Below are positions 15,948 to 28,238 of a DNA stretch of 64,000 nucleotides, in pieces (the stretch's first letter is position 1; every line of letters starts with the position of its first letter). The stretch comes from Vicinamibacteria bacterium. Its GTDB lineage: Bacteria; Acidobacteriota; Vicinamibacteria; Fen-336. Under the pieces are notes generated by a model. That model searched no databases. It had not been told where the DNA came from and saw nothing but the letters and a program-made list of their open reading frames with translations. The DNA lies in NCBI GenBank assembly GCA_035542035.1, contig DATKME010000065.1, positions 11,525 to 75,524 on the forward strand, written 5' to 3'. Made by a program: the position numbers and the translations under genes.

Positions 15948-18355
15948 GCGCCTTCACACACGACCTCCGTCACGCGCTTCGCGGCCTGCGGCGCACGCCC
16001 TCCTTCACGGCCATCGCCGTGCTCACCCTGGCCCTCGGCATCGGCGGCAGCACGGCGGTCTTCAGCCTGGCGGCCGCCGTGCTCCTCGGCGGGGTGCCCT
16101 TCCGCCAACCGGACCGCCTGCTGATGGTGTGGGACGACGCCTCGCAGGTCGGCTTCCCGCGCAACGACCTGACGCCCGCGGAGTTCGCCACCCTGCGCGG
16201 CGCCAGCCGCTCGTTCGAGGACCTGGCCGCCGTCACCGAGGCGGGGTTCGTCCTCACCGGCGGCGGCGAGCCGGAGAAGCTGGAGGGGCGGCGGGTGACG
16301 TCGTCGTTCTTCGCCCTCCTGGGCGTCGCTCCGCAGATCGGGCGTGTCTTCGGGAAGGACGAGGACCGGCCCGGAGCGGGCCGCGTCGCCGTGCTGAGCC
16401 ACGGCTTCTGGCAGCGCCGCTTCGGCGGGGACCCTTCCGTGCTGGGGAGGGACCTCGTGCTGAACGGTGAGGGCTACCGCGTGGTGGGCGTGATGCCGCG
16501 CGGCTTCCAGTTCCTGGAGAGCTACGTCGCGGTGTTCGTGCCCGCCGCCTTCCCCGCCGACGAGCTGGCCAACCGCGGCGCGCACTACCTGACGGTGTTC
16601 GGCCGCCTGCACGCCGGCGTGACGGCGGCGCGCGCCGGTGCGGAAGTGGCGAGCCTGGCCCAGCGCATGGTGCACGAGTTCCCCGACCAGGAGTTCCACG
16701 CCTACGTCCTGCCCATGCGCGAGCAGCTGCTGGGCGACGCGCGCCGGCCGCTGGTCGTGCTGGTGCTGGCGGTCGCCTCGCTGCTGCTGATCACCTGCGC
16801 CAACCTGGCCGGGCTGCTGCTCGCGCGCGCCTCGGTGCGTGCGCGGGAGCTGGCCCTGCGGACCGCCATGGGCGCGACCCGGGGCCGGCTCGTGCGCCAG
16901 CTGCTCACCGAGAGCCTGCTGCTGGCCGCCGTGGGCGTGGTGCCCGGGCTGCTGGTCGCCAAGGCTGCCTTGGCGCTGTTGCAGGAGATGGTGCCGCCGG
17001 CGGTGGTGCTCTCGGTCCATCCCGCGCTCGACCCGCGAGCCGTCGGCATCGCCGTCCTTCTGGCCACCTCGACCGGCGTGCTCTTCGGCATCGCCCCCGC
17101 CTGGCTCGGCACGGGGAGCGCGCTCGAAACCGTCCTGCGCGCGGGCGGGCGAGGGACGGTCGCTTCGGGTCGGCAACGGGTGCGCAGCCTGCTGGTGGTC
17201 GCCGAGCTGGCGGGAACGCTGGTGCTGCTGGTGACGGCGGGGCTCTTCGGGCAGACGCTGTACCGCCTGCGTTATGCGAACCTGGGCCTCGAGCCAGACA
17301 GGTTGCTGACGCTGCGCACCTCTCTGCCCGCCTACCGTTACGCCGACGCGGCCCGCCGGGCCGGCTTCTACGAGGATGTGCTCGCCCGCGTCCGGGCGCT
17401 TCCCGGCGTCGTGACGGCGGGCTACACGACGTCTGTCCCGCTGGAGTGGAAAGGGGGGACCAACTGGTTCCAGCCCGAAGGCTACGTCGACCCCCGGCGG
17501 TCCTGCGACGCCAACCATCGGCAGATCAGCGTCGACTACCTGAGGACCATGGGAGTCCCCCTGCGGCGGGGCCGCCCGCTGGGGCGGACCGACGGAGCGC
17601 GGTCGCAGCCGGTCGCCCTCGTCAACGAGACGATGGCCCGCCAGTACTGGCCCGGGCTGGATCCGGTCGGCCGGCGGTTCAAGATCGGCGAGCCCTCGCA
17701 TCCGTGGATCACCATCGTCGGTGTCGTCGGTGACGTGCGGCAGATGGGGCTGGACGCGCCGGTGAAGGCCGAGATGTACCTGCCCTACTCGCAGGTCGCC
17801 GACCAACCCTGGTTCGCACCGCGCGACCTGGTGGTCCGGACGGCCGGGGAGCCGCTGCAGCTGGTGAGCGCCGTCGAGGCGGCGATCCACGGGGTGGATC
17901 CCGAGCAGCCGGTCTCCAACGTCAGGACGTTCCGGACGATCCTCGACGAGGAGGTCACGCAGCGGCGGCTGGGCGCGGTGCTGGTCGGCTGCTTCGCCGG
18001 CCTGGCCCTGCTGCTGGCGACGCTCGGGGTGTACGGGCTCCTCTCCTACTTCGTCAGCGGGCACACGCCCGAGATCGGAGTGCGGATGGCGGTGGGTGCC
18101 AGCCGAGCGGACGTCTTCCGGCTGGTGCTGAGGAAGGGCATGGCCCTCGCCGGCGCCGGAGTCGTCGCCGGGTTGCTCGGTGCGCTCGCGCTCGCGCGCC
18201 TCGTGTCGGGCCTTCTGTACGGGATCGCACCCGCCGACCCGACGACGCTCCTGGCCGCGGCCGGCCTCGTCACCGCGGTGGCGCTCATCGCCTGCTACCT
18301 CCCGGCCCGGCGGGCCGTCGCGGTCGACCCGACGACGGCGCTGCGCAGCGAGTGA
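15944..18355 (+). CDS. Duplicated MacB/FtsX-type ABC permease (ADOP-like)
   Basis: N-terminus [41 protein letters not shown]. GTG 15944 overlaps the upstream TGA (GTGA). The ORF track start 15914 is the alternative. Confidence 0.9.
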   Translation: [803 protein letters not shown]

Positions 18356-18420
18356 CGGTGAGCGTGCCCTCGACGAGCCGACGGAGGCGTTGAAACGCCC
18401 ACCTTTCGAGTGAGGAGAGC

Positions 18421-19146
<726 letters not shown>

Positions 19147-19153
19147 CCGCGCC

Positions 19154-21535
19154 GTGCGTCGTCGGGTTCTCCGGGCTCCGGGCTGGGCGGTGGTGGCCGT
19201 CACCACCCTGGCCATCGGTATCGGGGCCACCAGCGCGATCTTCAGCGTCGTCGACGCCGTGCTGCTCCGGCCCCTGCCGTACCGGGATTCGGGCCGGCTG
19301 GTGGCCCTCTTCGCCCACGAGACCCCCAAGGCGGAACGGCGGGACCCGACCTCGCCGGCGGACTTCCTGGAATGGAGGAGCGCGAGCCGGGCGCTCGAGC
19401 AGCTCACCGCCGCTCACCCCTGGTCTCCCGTGCTCACCGGCCGCGGACCGGCCGAGGAGCTGCACGGTCTCCAGGCGACGCCGGGTCTCTTCGACCTGCT
19501 CGGCGTCGCGCCGGCCCTCGGGCGGACCTTCCACGAGGGCGGCGACGAGTTCCAGCTCGTCCTCGGGGACTCGCTGTGGCGGCGGAGGTTCGGGGCGGAT
19601 CCGGCGATCGTCGGCAGCTCGCTCGTGCTGGACGGCCGGCCCTACCGCGTCGCTGCCGTGATGCCACCCGGCTTCCGCTTCCCTCCCTTCTGGGCCACCG
19701 ACGCCGAGATGTGGGTTCCGCTCGTCTTCAGCGCGGCGCAGCAGGCGGATCACGGACGCTTCCTCCGGGTGTTCGGCCGCCTGCGGCCGCGGGCGACGCT
19801 GGAGCAGGCCCGGGCCGAGATGGACGTCGTCGGCGCACGGCTGGCCGGGGAATGGCCGCGCACCAACGCCGACCTGCGCGTCAACCTGGAATCGCTGCAG
19901 GAGCCGGTGGTCTCGCGCGCCCGCCCTGCGCTGCTGCTGCTGAGCGTGGCGGTGGCCCTGGTGCTGCTGATCGCGTGCGCGAACGTGGCCAGCCTGCTGC
20001 TGGCCCAGGGGCTCGCCCGCGAGAAGGAGGTGGCCGTCCGCGCGGCGCTCGGCGCCAGCCGGGGACGGCTGCTCCGGGAGTCCCTCGGCGAGAGCACGGC
20101 GTTGTCGCTGGCGGGCGGGATCGCGGGGCTGTGCCTGGCACGCGTGGGCATCCCGGCGTTCCTGGCTCTGGGGCCCAGCGGGCTGCCGCGGGCCGAGGAG
20201 GTCAGCGTCGACGCGCGCGTGGCCGTCTTCGCCCTCGCCCTCTCGCTGCTGACCGGCTTGCTGGCGGGCCTGCTGCCCGCGCTGCGCGCCTCCCGGGCCG
20301 ACCTGGTGCCGTCGCTGAAACAGGGAGAGCGTCTGGCCGGGGGCCGGGGCGGACGCCACCGGCTGCACGACCTGCTGGTGGCCGGCGAGTTCGCGATGGC
20401 GGTCGTGCTGCTGGCGGGAGCGGGCCTGCTGGTGAAGAGCTTCCTGCTCCTGCAGCGGCTCGACGCCGGCTTCCGTCCGGATCACCTGCTGACGGTGACG
20501 CTCTCGCTGTCGGGCTCGGCCCGCGCCGACGGCGCCGCCCGGCCCGCGTTCCTGGAGGGCATCGCGGACGAGGTCCGCTCGCTTCCTGGCGTCGCCCGCG
20601 CGGCGTTCGTGAACCACGTGCCGATCGGTGGCGACACCTGGAGAGCGGGTGTCGTCGTCGAGGGCGAGGAGGTCCGGGAGTCGGACGAGGTGCCCCAGGC
20701 CGTGATCCGCACGGCGAGCCCGGGATACCTCGCGGCCATGGGCATCGCGCTCGTGCGCGGGCGCGCCTTCGACGAGCGAGACGGCGCGGACAGCACGGCG
20801 GTGGTGCTGGTGAACCAGGCGCTCGTCCACCGGTCCGCCTTCGCCGGGGATCCCGTCGGCTCGCGGATCAGGGTCGGGGACTTCGGCTGGCGGACGATCG
20901 TCGGCGTGGTGGCGGATGCCTGGCAGGCGGGCGCCGCCGAGCCGGTCCAGCCCGAGGTGCTCTTCCCCTATTCGCAGGACCCGGTGGGCTGGTGGAGAGG
21001 GACGACGCTCGTGGTCCGCACGCGAGCCGACCCGCGCGTGGTCGCCGAGTCGGTGATCGCTCGCCTGAGGGGCGCGGCCCCGGAGCTGCCGATCACCAGG
21101 GTGCGCACCATGCCCGAGCTGCTGTCGGAATCGCTGGCGCAGGACCGCACCGGCGCGCTGCTGATGGCGCTGCTGTCGGCGGTCGCCACCGCCCTGGCGG
21201 CGGGCGGGATCTACGGCGTGATGGCCTACGCGGTCGGCCGGCGCGCCCACGAGATCGGCGTCCGCATGGCCCTGGGCGCCGGCGCCGGCGAGGTGCAGTC
21301 GATGGTGTTGCGCGACGGGCTGCGGCTGGCCGTCCTGGGAGGGATCCCCGGCTTCCTGGGCGCGCTCGCGCTGTCTCGACTCCTGCGAGGGCTCCTCCAC
21401 GACCTGAGCCCGACCGATCCGGCCACCTTCCTTGCCGTCGCCGTCGTTCTCCTGTCGGTCGCCGCCCTCGCCAGCCTCCTCCCTGCGCGTCGCGCCGCCG
21501 CCCTCGACCCTTTGGCCATACTCAGGGAGCCTTGA
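19154..21535 (+). CDS. Duplicated MacB/FtsX-type ABC permease (ADOP-like)
   Basis: 793 aa. N-terminus [39 protein letters not shown] and family-typical C-terminus ...[14 protein letters not shown]. Confidence 0.9.
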   Translation: [793 protein letters not shown]

Positions 21536-21537
21536 CG

Positions 21538-23955
21538 ATGCTGGACTCGCTGCGGCAGGACCTCGCCTACGCGCTGCGTCGGCTGTGGCACGCCCCCGGC
21601 TTCACCCTGGTAGCGGTGCTGACCCTCGCCCTCGGCATCGGCGCCAACAGCGCGATCTTCAGCGTGGTGGACGCGGTGTTGCTGCGGCCGCTCCCGTTCC
21701 CCGAGGCGGATCGCCTGGTCTCGGTGGCCCAGGTCTGGAAGGGACGTCCCGCCGTCTACTCGCCCCAGAACTTCCTCGACACGGAGGGGCAGTCGAGGAC
21801 GATCGCCGCCTTCGCCGCGATCGACACCAACGGCGTGACCCTCACCGGCCAGGGTGCGGCCGCGCGCCTGCAGTCGGCCGACGTGAGCGCGCGCTTCTTC
21901 GAGGTGCTCCGGGCGCGACCGCTCCTCGGCCGTGGCTTCGTCGCCGGCGAGAACGAGCCCGGGCGGACCCGGGTGGTCGTGCTCGGGTACCGGCTCTGGC
22001 GGGATCGCTTCGGCTCCGACCGCGGGGTCCTCGGCCGCGACGTCCAGATCGACCGCCAGCCCTGGCAGGTGGTGGGTGTCATGCCCGACGGCTTCGGCTA
22101 TCCGGAGGGCATCGACCTCTGGAGGCCGCTCGAGTACGACGAGCACTTCCGGTCGCACAGCCGCGGGGGCTGGTACCTGGGCGTCATCGGCCGGCTGGCC
22201 GACGGCGCCACCGTAGACGAGGCACGGCAGGAGGTGTCGACCATCGCCGCACGGCTCGCCCGCGCCTATCCGGCCGACGACGAGAACGTCGGAGCGACCG
22301 TGATCCCCCTCCACGAGGCCCTGGTCGGAAACGCGCGCCGCTCTCTGCTGGTGCTGCTCGGGGCGGTGGGGCTGGTGCTGCTGGTCGCGTGCGTGAACGT
22401 CGCCAACCTGCTGCTCGCCCGCGTCGCCGCCCGCGAGAACGAGCTGGCGGTGCGGGCTGCGCTCGGCGCCGGACGCGCGCGGCTCGTCCGGCAGGTCCTC
22501 ACCGAGAGCCTGGCCCTGGCGGCGCTGGGGGGCACGGCCGGCCTGCTGCTCGCTGGCGGGATCCTCGACACCCTGCTGGCGCTGGCGCCACAGGAGGTGC
22601 CCCGCCTGGCCGAGGTCAGGATCGACCGGGCGGTGATCGGCTACGCAGCCGTGGTCTCGCTCCTCACCAGCCTGCTGTTCGGAGCCGCCCCGGCGCTGCA
22701 GATGAGCCGGCGGGCGACGGCGCAGGCGCTGCGGCAGGGCGCGCGGGGCATCCTCTCCGGCGGCCACCGCCGGCTGCGCGGCGGGCTGGTCATCGGCCAG
22801 ATCGCGCTGGCCATGGTCCTGCTCGCGGGCTCCGGTCTGCTGCTGCGCAGCTTCGCCCGGCTGCGCGGCGTCGACCCGGGGTTCCGCACGCACTCCGCCC
22901 TGAGCTTCCACGTCGGGCTGCCGAGTTCCGTCTACGCCGACGACCCCGCGCTCCTGGGTTTCTACGACGAGCTGCAGCGGCGGCTGGCGGCGCTGCCCGG
23001 CGTGCGCTCCGTCGGCGCCGTGCTGGGACTGCCGCTGACGGAGGCCCGGTTCAACATCTCCTTCACCGTCGACGGCCGCCCGGAGCCGCCGCCCGCCCAG
23101 CAGCCGACGATGGAGGTGCGGGTGGTGACACCCGGCTACTTGAGCACGATGGGGATCCCCCTGCGGCGAGGACGCGGACTCCGGCCGGAAGACGGTCCCG
23201 AATCACCACAGGTGGTGGTGCTGAGCGAGACGGCGGTGCGCCGCTTCTTCCCGGGAGAGGACCCGATCGGCAAGACGATCCGCCTCGGCCTGGGCCGCGG
23301 GCGCGGCCGCAAGGCCGGCGGCGAGGTGGTCGGTGTCGTCGGCGACGTGAAGGAGCGCGGGCTGGCGGCCGAGCATCCGCCGGAGATCTACGTGCCGTAC
23401 GCGCAGTTCCCGGTGCACTCGATGGACCTCGTGCTCCGGACCAGCGTCGAGCCGCGCTCGCTCGCGCCGGTGGTGGAGCGCGTGGTCCACGGCCTCGACC
23501 CGCAGCTGCCGGTGGCAGGGGTCGCCACCCTCGACCAGATCCTCGCTCGCTCCGTCTCGGAGCCGCGCTTTTACATGCTGCTGCTCGGCTGCTTCGCCGG
23601 GGTCGCGCTCTTCCTGGCCGCCCTCGGCCTGTTCGGGGTGATGTCCTACGCCGTCTCGCAGCGCACCCGCGAGCTGGCCGTGCGCATGGCCCTGGGCGCC
23701 CGCCGCGGCGAGCTCCTGAAGATGGTGTTGCGCGACGCCGCTCTCCTCTCGGCGGTCGGCGTGGGCGCCGGTCTCCTCGGCGCGCTCCTCGCCTCCCGGG
23801 CCATCGCCGCCATGCTCTTCGCCCTCAGCCCGACCGACCCCGCCACCCTGGCCGCCGTGGCTGCGCTGCTGCTGGCGGTCGCGCTGCTGGCCGCCTGGCT
23901 GCCGGCCCGGCGGGCGACGCGGGTCGACCCGACGATCGCGCTGCGGGCCGAGTAG
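21538..23955 (+). CDS. Duplicated MacB/FtsX-type ABC permease (ADOP-like)
   Basis: This is the in-frame C-terminal part of ORF 19372..23955. ATG 21538 lies 2 nt after the upstream stop. N-terminus [54 protein letters not shown]. Confidence 0.9.
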   Translation: [805 protein letters not shown]

Positions 23956-23968
23956 AATCGACCCGCCC

Positions 23969-25333
<1,365 letters not shown>

Positions 25334-25344
25334 GAGAAAGGCGC

Positions 25345-26673
25345 GTGAAGCGCCCACCCCGGCTCGCCCACGACCGCCGCATCCAGCTGCTGGCCCTGGC
25401 GGGTGCCCTGCCCGCGCTCCTCCTCTGCGCGGTCCTGCTGTGGACGAGCGGTCTTTCCAGCCAGACGCGCTGGACCCTCGTGGTGCTCGCCATCCTGGGC
25501 GCGCTGGCCGCCGCCGGCGCCGCCCGCCAGGCGGTCGCCCGCCCCCTGCAGACGCTCTCCAACCTGCTGGGCGCCATGCGCGAGGAGGACTTCTCCTTCC
25601 GCGCGCGCGTCGGCCGCCGCGACGACCCGCTGGGAGAGGCCTACTCGGAGGTGAACGCGCTGGCGAAGACGCTGCGCGAGCAGCGCCTGGGCGCCCTGGA
25701 GGCGAGCGCGCTCCTGCGCAAGGTGATGGAGGAGATCGACGTCGCCGTCTTCGCCTTCGACCATGCCTCCACCCTGCGGCTGATGAACCGCGCGGGCGAG
25801 CGGCTGCTGGGGGCGACCGCCGAACGCCTGACCGGCCTCGACGCCCAGGCGTTGGGGCTGGCGGGGCTCCTCGCCGGCGAGACGCCGCGGATCGCCGACG
25901 CCTCCTTCCCCGGAGCGAGCGGCCGCTTCGACGTCCGCCGCGGCAGCTTCCGTCAGGGCGGCCGGCCGATGCAGCTGCTGGTGCTGGCGGACGTCAGCCG
26001 CGCGCTGCGCGACGAGGAGCGCCAGGCCTGGCAGCGGCTGATCCGCGTGATCGGCCACGAACTCAACAACTCGCTGGCGCCGATCCGCTCGGTCGCCGGC
26101 AGCCTGGTGTCGCTCCTCGCGCGCGAGCCGCGGCCGGCCGACTGGGAGGACGACGCCCGCCGGGGGCTGGGGGTGATCGCCGCGCGGGCCGAGGCGCTGC
26201 GCCGTTTCATGGACGCCTACGCGCAGCTCGCCCGCCTGCCGCCGCCGAAGAAGCGCCGCATCGCGCTGGCGCCGCTGGTGCGGCGGGTGGCGGGGCTGGA
26301 GACGCGGGTGCCGGTGGCGGTCCCCGGCGGCCCCGAGGTCAGCCTCGACGCCGACCCCGACCAGCTGGAGCAGCTGCTGATCAACCTCGCGAAGAACGCC
26401 GCCGAAGCGGCCGCCTCGCGCAACGGGGCCGTCCGGCTCTCCTGGTGCCTCGTCGACAAGCCGGCGCCGGCGCTGGAGATCCTCGTCGACGACGACGGCC
26501 CCGGCCTGCCCCCCAGCGCCAACCTGTTCGTGCCCTTCTTCACCACCAAGCCCGGCGGCTCGGGGATCGGCCTGGTGCTGTGCCGGCAGATCGCCGAGGC
26601 GCACGGCGGCACGCTGAGCCTGGCAAACCGGCCGGAGGGCGGGTGCCGGGCGGTGCTGAGGCTCTCTCGCTAG
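25345..26673 (+). CDS. Sensor histidine kinase: 2 TM with about a 9-aa outer loop, then HAMP, PAS-like, HisKA and HATPase_c
   Basis: H-box IGHELNNSLAPIRS. The ATP-binding region has DDGPGL, FVPFFTTKPGGSGIGL and CRQIAEAHGG. AGGAGAAAGG lies upstream of GTG 25345. Confidence 0.85.
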   Translation: MKRPPRLAHDRRIQLLALAGALPALLLCAVLLWTSGLSSQTRWTLVVLAILGALAAAGAARQAVARPLQTLSNLLGAMREEDFSFRARVGRRDDPLGEAYSEVNALAKTLREQRLGALEASALLRKVMEEIDVAVFAFDHASTLRLMNRAGERLLGATAERLTGLDAQALGLAGLLAGETPRIADASFPGASGRFDVRRGSFRQGGRPMQLLVLADVSRALRDEERQAWQRLIRVIGHELNNSLAPIRSVAGSLVSLLAREPRPADWEDDARRGLGVIAARAEALRRFMDAYAQLARLPPPKKRRIALAPLVRRVAGLETRVPVAVPGGPEVSLDADPDQLEQLLINLAKNAAEAAASRNGAVRLSWCLVDKPAPALEILVDDDGPGLPPSANLFVPFFTTKPGGSGIGLVLCRQIAEAHGGTLSLANRPEGGCRAVLRLSR

Positions 26674-26690
26674 TGGAGAGAACGCGGCCG

Positions 26691-28172
26691 CTACGGGAAG
26701 AAGACCCGCAACCCGGGCTGCACCTCGCCGTCGCTGCGGAACAGACCCGAGCTCTCGATGCCCGGCACGTCGCCGTGGCTCATGCCGCGGAAGTACTCCG
26801 GGTAGAAGTAGAAGGCCCTTTCGACCTCGGGACGGCCGGCCACGGCGGCGAGGAAGTTCCGAATCCAGGCCGCTTGCCCCTCGGGGCTGAAGGGATAGCC
26901 GGCGTCGGGCTGCCCGGAGGTGCCGGTCGGGTCGTTCGGGTACATGTACTCGGAGATCTGCACACGCTTGCCGAGCGCGGCCAGGTCCCCGATGAGCTCG
27001 GTGAAAGCGGGGGAGGCGAAGTAGGGCTTCGGGATGCCGTCGTTGTCCGCGTACATCGAGTAGGGGTAGCTGAGTCCCGCGACCTCGAAGTCGACGCCGT
27101 ACTCGACCATCGTCTCGAAGAAGGTCCGCGTCCGCGTGTTGTCGTTGTTCCACCCCACGCTGTCGGCGTGGAGCACGATCGCGGCGGAGGGGTTGGCGCG
27201 CCGGACACCACGGATCGCGGCCTTGAGCAGGTCCGCCTCGATCGTCCACACCTGCGTGCGCATGTAGCCCATGTCCCGGGTCACGTCGACGCCGGCAGGA
27301 CGCGGGATGCGCTGGTCGGGGCGGAAGCCGACGATCCCGGCCTCGATCTCGTTGCCGATGTCGTACGCCTCGACACGCAGTCCCCGGTCGGCGAGGTCCT
27401 TCGCCGTCGTGTAGGCGTACGCCTCGAGCGCCTGCGCCGTTTCCGCGACGTCCTTGTCCCGCCACGCCGCCGGCGGGTCCTGGATACCGGCATGGGCCGC
27501 CGTGTCGCTCAGGAAGAGGAAGACCTGCAGCCGCAGGCCGGCCCCCGCCGCCTCGTGCAGGATCTCGGCCGCGTACTCGAGCGAGGACCAGTACTCGTTC
27601 TTCCACGGCAGGCTGCTCCACCGCGCGGGGTCGGTCGCCTTCAGGTCGCCGCTGCTGACCGTCGTCACGCCGACGCGCACCCACCCGAATCCCTTGGCGC
27701 GCAGCACGCGGATCGGGTCGACGTCCTTCCAGAACGAGTCCCAGGTCCGGCGCGCGAGGTAGTCGCAGGGAACCCCTCCGATCCGGTCGCGCGCCGGAGA
27801 ATCGAACTCGACGAACGTCCGCGCGGTCGCGCCGTCGGTGACGGTCGCTGACCAGGCGCGGGTGAGCTCGGCACGTCCGACGGCGACCGCACGCAGCGAC
27901 ACCGTCGTGCTGTCGCCCCCCGTCCACCTCGCCGTGTAGCTTCCCTGCGACTCGGCGCCGATCCTCTGGGTTTCGGAGCCGATCGTCACGTCCGCAGCGA
28001 AGTTCGTGTAGTTGGCGATGGTGATCAGGGCCGAGTGCGACCCGGCACCGGCGCCGCCCGACCCGCCGCAAGCCGCGAGCCACACTGCGGCCCAGGCGGC
28101 GGCACCGGCCCCCAGATAGCCGCGAAGCCGCCGGCTCGCCAAGCTCCCTCCCCTGCCCCTGCGGAGACGCAC
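26691..28172 (-). CDS. Glycoside hydrolase family 53-like (endo-beta-1,4-galactanase-like) lipoprotein
   Basis: Lipobox-like VWLAACGG. FLFLSDTAAHAGIQDPPAAW resembles GH53 HYSDTWADP...W. YDIGNEIEAGI resembles IGNE (acid/base). ISEYMYP resembles the VxE nucleophile strand. The family call is from memory of these motifs. Confidence 0.65.
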   Translation of the reverse strand: MRLRRGRGGSLASRRLRGYLGAGAAAWAAVWLAACGGSGGAGAGSHSALITIANYTNFAADVTIGSETQRIGAESQGSYTARWTGGDSTTVSLRAVAVGRAELTRAWSATVTDGATARTFVEFDSPARDRIGGVPCDYLARRTWDSFWKDVDPIRVLRAKGFGWVRVGVTTVSSGDLKATDPARWSSLPWKNEYWSSLEYAAEILHEAAGAGLRLQVFLFLSDTAAHAGIQDPPAAWRDKDVAETAQALEAYAYTTAKDLADRGLRVEAYDIGNEIEAGIVGFRPDQRIPRPAGVDVTRDMGYMRTQVWTIEADLLKAAIRGVRRANPSAAIVLHADSVGWNNDNTRTRTFFETMVEYGVDFEVAGLSYPYSMYADNDGIPKPYFASPAFTELIGDLAALGKRVQISEYMYPNDPTGTSGQPDAGYPFSPEGQAAWIRNFLAAVAGRPEVERAFYFYPEYFRGMSHGDVPGIESSGLFRSDGEVQPGLRVFFP

Positions 28173-28238
28173 GAGTGTCGGCGAGGCGGTCCACGCGCGT
28201 CAAGCGGGCGCTGGGGCGCGCTGGGGCGCGTGCTTCGG

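Noticed and set aside
21586-21601. Additional TGGCAC motifs considered as sigma-54 promoters: 21586 (TGGCACGCCCCCGGCT, sharing 11 nt with the 12699 site) and 8531. Other in-gene copies were read by eye near 39.2, 45.6, 49.5, 59.1 and 61.5 kb.
   Set aside because: All lie inside well-supported coding regions; 21586 is 48 nt into an ADOP gene and encodes the LWHAPGF N-terminal motif. They lack a TTGC-like -12 element or the correct GG-N10-GC spacing.
28209-28230. A 10-bp tandem duplication (ctggggcgcg x2) between the VWA and GH53 genes.
   Set aside because: There are only two copies in a 66-nt spacer. This is most simply a slippage duplication in GC-rich DNA, with no evidence of function.
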